Positions 53,855 through 57,714 of a stretch of 57,714 nucleotides of DNA are shown here, one piece after another. A program made the translations under genes and the position numbers. The stretch lies in assembly GCA_035299545.1 (NCBI GenBank), contig DATGWJ010000020.1, positions 1 to 57,714 on the forward strand. Direction: 5' to 3'. The number at the start of each line of letters is the position of its first letter. Positions within the stretch are counted from its first letter, which is position 1. A model generated the notes under the pieces. That model had not been told where the DNA came from and ran no database searches. It saw only the letters and a list, made by a program, of their open reading frames with translations. Source of the stretch: Minisyncoccota bacterium. Lineage in GTDB: Bacteria > Patescibacteriota > Minisyncoccia > Phycocordibacterales > UBA9973.

Positions 53855-55560
53855 TGAAATTATCATCATTTCAAATAAGAATAAGATTCGTTATTTTCTC
53901 TATTTTTGTCGTGGCTCTTATTCTTATAACTCGTCTATTCTTTGTCCAAATTATACATAGAAATTTATATATAGACCGTGCTGATAAACAATATATAACT
54001 CCATCGAGCAATATTTTTAATCGTGGTGGAATATTTTTCTCTAAAAAAGATGGTTCGCTTGTTACGGCTGGAACAGTTGTTTCTGGTTTTAAATTAGCGA
54101 TAGTTCCTAAAGATATAGTAGACGTAGAAGATGCATATACTAAACTTGATCCATATATGGAGATGGACAAGGAGGTATTCTTAGCGAAAGCTTCAAAGAA
54201 GAATGATCCATATGAAGAAATTGCAAAAGGGTTATCCAAAGAGCAAATAACTGAAATAGAAAATTTAAAAATTAAAGGAGTTTCTATTTATAAAGATAAA
54301 TGGCGTTTCTATCCAGGGAATAATCTTGCTTCTCATACTATAGGATTTCTGGCTTATAAGGGGGATACTTTATCTGGGCAGTACGGGTTGGAACGTTTTT
54401 ATAATGCTACTCTCTCGAAGCCAGAAGATGAAGCATATGTTAATTTCTTTGCTGAAGTTTTCTCTAATATAAGGGATACAATTTCTAATACTAACAAAGG
54501 AGACGTTATTACGACCATTGAACCAGTAGTTCAATATAATTTAGAAAAAGAATTAACTGAAACTTTAGAAAAATGGCACGCTGATCAAATAGGAGGAATT
54601 GTTATGAATCCTGAAACAGGGGAAATTTACGCAATAGCTGGAATGCCCGACTTTGATTTAAATAATTTTAAAAGTGTAACAGATGTTGGAGTTTATCGTA
54701 ATCCAATTGTAGAAAACGTTTTAGAATTTGGATCAGTGATAAAGCCATTAGTCATGGCAGCAGCTATTGATAAAGGGGTAGTGACTCCAGAAACTACTTA
54801 CTTCGACGCGGGGCATGTGATTGTAGATAAAAAAACAATAAATAACTTTGACAAGAAGGGCCGTGGAACAGCAACAATGCAAGATGTACTCGACCAATCA
54901 TTAAATACTGGAATGGTGTTTATTGAAACTAAACTTGGTCATGATTCTTTCCGTACTTATATGAAATCTTATGGGATAGGTGAGAAGACAGGTATTGATC
55001 TTCCAAATGAGACCTCAGGACTTATAAAAAATTTAGAAAGTCCACGTAATCTTGAATACGCGAATGCTTCCTTCGGTCAGGGAATTGCTCTTACTCCAAT
55101 AGAAGCAGTGAGAGCGTTCGCTATTCTTGCGAATGGTGGCAAACTAGTGACCCCTCATTTAGTAAAAGAGGTAAAATATGAAAATGGATTTTCTAAAAAA
55201 ATGGAATATCCTTTTATTAAAGAAAATCTACTTAAAAAAGAATCCACAGACACAGTTACTAAAATGCTCGTTCATGTGTTTGAATCGTATGATAAAGGAG
55301 TACATAAAATGGATAACTATAGCATCGCCACAAAAACAGGTACTGCACAAGTGGCAAGAGAGGACGGAAAGGGATATTATACAGATAGGAATACACATTC
55401 CTTTTTCGGTTATTTCCCCGCATATGAACCGAAATTCTTAGTCTTCTTATTCCTTAAAAACCCAAAAGAAGTAAAATATGCCTCACAGACACTCATTCCG
55501 CCGTTTGAAGATATTACTAAGTTTATTCTGAATTATTATAATGTTCCTCCCGATAGATAA
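53854..55560 (+). CDS. ftsI: Class B penicillin-binding protein (FtsI/PBP3-like)
   Basis: RGGIF, GQYGLE, EFGSVIKP, SLN, KTGTAQ; dcw position. Confidence 0.88.
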   Translation: MKLSSFQIRIRFVIFSIFVVALILITRLFFVQIIHRNLYIDRADKQYITPSSNIFNRGGIFFSKKDGSLVTAGTVVSGFKLAIVPKDIVDVEDAYTKLDPYMEMDKEVFLAKASKKNDPYEEIAKGLSKEQITEIENLKIKGVSIYKDKWRFYPGNNLASHTIGFLAYKGDTLSGQYGLERFYNATLSKPEDEAYVNFFAEVFSNIRDTISNTNKGDVITTIEPVVQYNLEKELTETLEKWHADQIGGIVMNPETGEIYAIAGMPDFDLNNFKSVTDVGVYRNPIVENVLEFGSVIKPLVMAAAIDKGVVTPETTYFDAGHVIVDKKTINNFDKKGRGTATMQDVLDQSLNTGMVFIETKLGHDSFRTYMKSYGIGEKTGIDLPNETSGLIKNLESPRNLEYANASFGQGIALTPIEAVRAFAILANGGKLVTPHLVKEVKYENGFSKKMEYPFIKENLLKKESTDTVTKMLVHVFESYDKGVHKMDNYSIATKTGTAQVAREDGKGYYTDRNTHSFFGYFPAYEPKFLVFLFLKNPKEVKYASQTLIPPFEDITKFILNYYNVPPDR

Positions 55561-55562
55561 TT

Positions 55563-56864
55563 ATGAAAAAGATTTTTAAAAATATAATTGTTTTAATAAT
55601 TACTTGGCAAGCAAAATTAATTCTTGCAAGATATAATCCTAAAATAATAGCGATTACCGGCTCTGTCGGTAAAACATCTACTAAAGATGCTATTTTCGTT
55701 GTGCTATCTAAATTTAAAACAGTTCGAAAGAGTGAGAAAAGCTTTAACAGTGAGATAGGTCTACCTCTCACTGTCCTTGGTGCGCCAAACGGCTGGGATG
55801 ATCCATTTATTTGGCTTGAAAATGTAATTCGCGGATTTCATTTAATATTATTTAAACAGCCATACCCAGAATATTTAGTATTAGAGATTGGAGTAGGGAA
55901 ACCAGGAGATATGAAAAAGAACGTTACTCCTTGGCTTCGTCCAGATGTTGTTGTTGTAACTCGTTTCCCTAATAAGCCAGTTCATGTCGAATTTTTCGGG
56001 TCAGCTGAAAAAATAATAGAAGAGAAGAGTGCACTAGTTGGAGCTCTTAAAAAAGGAGGAATACTTATTCTTAATCATGATGATGAAAAAGTTTATTCTT
56101 TGCACGAGAAATCAAATGAAAGAACAGTATCTTTCGGAATGAGTGAAAATTCTACTTATCATTCTATGTATCCTACTTATCTATACACCGAGCGAAATGG
56201 AATTAAAGTTCCAAATGGTATTAATTTTAAGTTAGAGTATGAAGGTCATACCTTCCCAGTAATGCTACCGAATATTCTAGGTATGCATAATATTGGCCAA
56301 GCCTTGGCTGCTATCGCTTGCGCAAATGAGCTTGGATGTGATTTACTTCTATCTATTAATGCTGTAAGTGAATATATTACTCCTCCTGGACGACTATCTC
56401 TTATTGAAGGTATTAATGACTCTATGATAATAGATGATACTTACAATTCTTCTCCTGTTGCTATGGATGCTGCAATAATAGTACTTCACGACATAGAAGC
56501 AAAAAGAAAGATTGCCGTACTCGGCGATATGCTTGAGCTAGGAAAGTTCACAGATGAGGAGCATATAGCTGTTGGTCATAAGATTGCCAGCGTAGCAGAT
56601 TTGCTTGTAGTAGTAGGACCAAGGGCAAAGCTGATAGCAGAAGGAGCTCTGGAGAAAGGATTCCAGCAAAATAATATTTATTCTTTTGATTCATCGAAAA
56701 CTGTAGCCAAGTTCTTAGAAGGAATAATAGAAAAGGGTGATGTTGTATTAATGAAAGCCTCACAAGGAGTGAGATTAGAGCGTGCGGTAGAAGTGATAAT
56801 GAAGCATAAAGAACAGAAGAGAAAGTTGCTCTGCCGACAAGATAAAGAATGGCAGAATAGATAA
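55563..56864 (+). CDS. murF: UDP-MurNAc-tripeptide:D-Ala-D-Ala ligase
   Basis: ITGSVGKTSTK, FNSEIGLP, IDDTYNSSP, VLGDMLELG, KASQG. Confidence 0.95.
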   Translation: MKKIFKNIIVLIITWQAKLILARYNPKIIAITGSVGKTSTKDAIFVVLSKFKTVRKSEKSFNSEIGLPLTVLGAPNGWDDPFIWLENVIRGFHLILFKQPYPEYLVLEIGVGKPGDMKKNVTPWLRPDVVVVTRFPNKPVHVEFFGSAEKIIEEKSALVGALKKGGILILNHDDEKVYSLHEKSNERTVSFGMSENSTYHSMYPTYLYTERNGIKVPNGINFKLEYEGHTFPVMLPNILGMHNIGQALAAIACANELGCDLLLSINAVSEYITPPGRLSLIEGINDSMIIDDTYNSSPVAMDAAIIVLHDIEAKRKIAVLGDMLELGKFTDEEHIAVGHKIASVADLLVVVGPRAKLIAEGALEKGFQQNNIYSFDSSKTVAKFLEGIIEKGDVVLMKASQGVRLERAVEVIMKHKEQKRKLLCRQDKEWQNR

Positions 56865-56895
56865 AAAATCCCCGTAATAAAATTACGGGGATTTT
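56865..56895. terminator. Bidirectional terminator between murF and prs
   Basis: AAAATCCCCGTAAT-AAA-ATTACGGGGATTTT. Confidence 0.85.
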
Positions 56896-56903
56896 GTTTG
56901 TTG

Positions 56904-57713
56904 TTACAACCTTTTTAAAATTTTAAATAAATAAGAAGCGAACTGTGGAGCAAGTGTGATGTCGAATATGCTTCCACCAGTCCTTTTGTCGTATCCGCGG
57001 GTGATTGTGTTGGTCATTATTATTTTTTTGAAAGGATTCAAATAAAATAATTTATTCCTCCAACCCAAAGTTAGAACCGCGTGAGTTGCCAGCAAGAAAA
57101 TTGATTTCACTTCACACTTTTGAAGCATACGAGCTGTTTCGTTTGCTGTGCCGCCGGAAGCTACTTCATCTTCAATCATTATCATAATCTTGTCGGTTAC
57201 GAGCTCAGGAGTTATGTGATATAACTCTTCGAAATGATAATATTCCCTGAACTCTTTGGATAGATTTTCCAATATTTCTTCTTTATCCTTAACAATGGAA
57301 GTTTCTCTGTTGTATTCTCTGTTTTTAAGGTTAAATATAACAGGACACCGAAGAATACGAGCTATGTTTACAGCTCTAGGTATGGAGCCAGCATCGGGAG
57401 CATATATTCTTGCTATGCTCATATTTTCAGACGGGATATATGTCTGAATAGTGTTGGCAAACTGCATAGATGGGTCGATCTCGTGAAATTTAATATCATA
57501 ATCTTCACAATATTTTGCCATCTTGTTCGAATGAGGAGTAGCCACCAGTAATTCATTCACACCGCAAACGCTTAGCAGGTGAATAATTTTCCTCAACCGC
57601 TGGATTTCATCTGGCTTTGCAATTTTCCTGGACCACTTTTCTTTATCATCTTCAGTCATTATTGGGTCTTGTCTGCGGTTCCAGAGAAAGGGGAGCACTG
57701 CAATGATATGGCG
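56904..57713 (-). CDS. prs: Ribose-phosphate pyrophosphokinase-like protein, 5' part outside the window
   Basis: Frame stays open to the window edge (RHIIAVLPFLWNRRQD); APDAGS, IEDEVASGGT, ATHAVL, TNTI. Confidence 0.7.
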   Translation of the reverse strand, partial: RHIIAVLPFLWNRRQDPIMTEDDKEKWSRKIAKPDEIQRLRKIIHLLSVCGVNELLVATPHSNKMAKYCEDYDIKFHEIDPSMQFANTIQTYIPSENMSIARIYAPDAGSIPRAVNIARILRCPVIFNLKNREYNRETSIVKDKEEILENLSKEFREYYHFEELYHITPELVTDKIMIMIEDEVASGGTANETARMLQKCEVKSIFLLATHAVLTLGWRNKLFYLNPFKKIIMTNTITRGYDKRTGGSIFDITLAPQFASYLFKILKRL

Positions 57714-57714
57714 G

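Noticed and set aside
229-57447. Dozens of ORF-track entries antisense to or nested in recognised genes (e.g. 229-576, 14500-15081, 37345-37881, 50422-50856)
   Set aside because: They are shadow frames of well-supported genes, with no motifs, promoters or independent context.
1-57714. Alternative genetic code (UGA=Gly, as in Gracilibacteria)
   Set aside because: Long ORFs are intact under code 11, TGA serves as a stop in coupled ATGA junctions (15169-15172, 16182-16185), and no UCA-anticodon tRNA was seen.

Overview
AT-rich bacterial chromosome segment, standard code 11. Gene content points to a Patescibacteria/CPR (Parcubacteria-like) genome; this is an inference from a C-terminally truncated ValRS, an HTH-MurA fusion, tandem Cys-rich paralogs, and GWI-repeat/cohesin/dockerin surface proteins. 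Most of the window is housekeeping: peptidoglycan and division genes (murA,B,C,D,E,F,J, alr, two PBPs, mraZ-rsmH-ftsL), translation genes (leuS, valS, lysS, lepA, ychF, rpmG, miaA, tsaC, tsaD, greA) and five intact tRNAs. One accessory four-gene surface operon encodes a 2504-aa S74-chaperone fibre, a dockerin protein and two membrane-anchored cohesins. No CRISPR array, integrase, transposase or reverse transcriptase was seen. The most unusual signals are non-coding. (1) A dispersed ~105-112 bp hairpin element (4 close copies, 1 divergent) has a conserved core but locus-specific, self-complementary 25-29 bp outer stems. (2) Several short palindrome families sit both between genes and in-frame inside murB, murD (x2), tsaD (x2) and probably miaA. 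(3) A complete tRNA-Gly(CCC) is nested inside the two halves of another tRNA-Gly. (4) A structured insert follows tRNA-Arg and ends in a copy of its 3' end. (5) A ~210 nt orphan structured RNA has its own promoter and terminator. (6) About 11 genes appear leaderless, with a -10 box 6-7 nt before the ATG. All coordinates and pairings were read by eye; no database searches were run.
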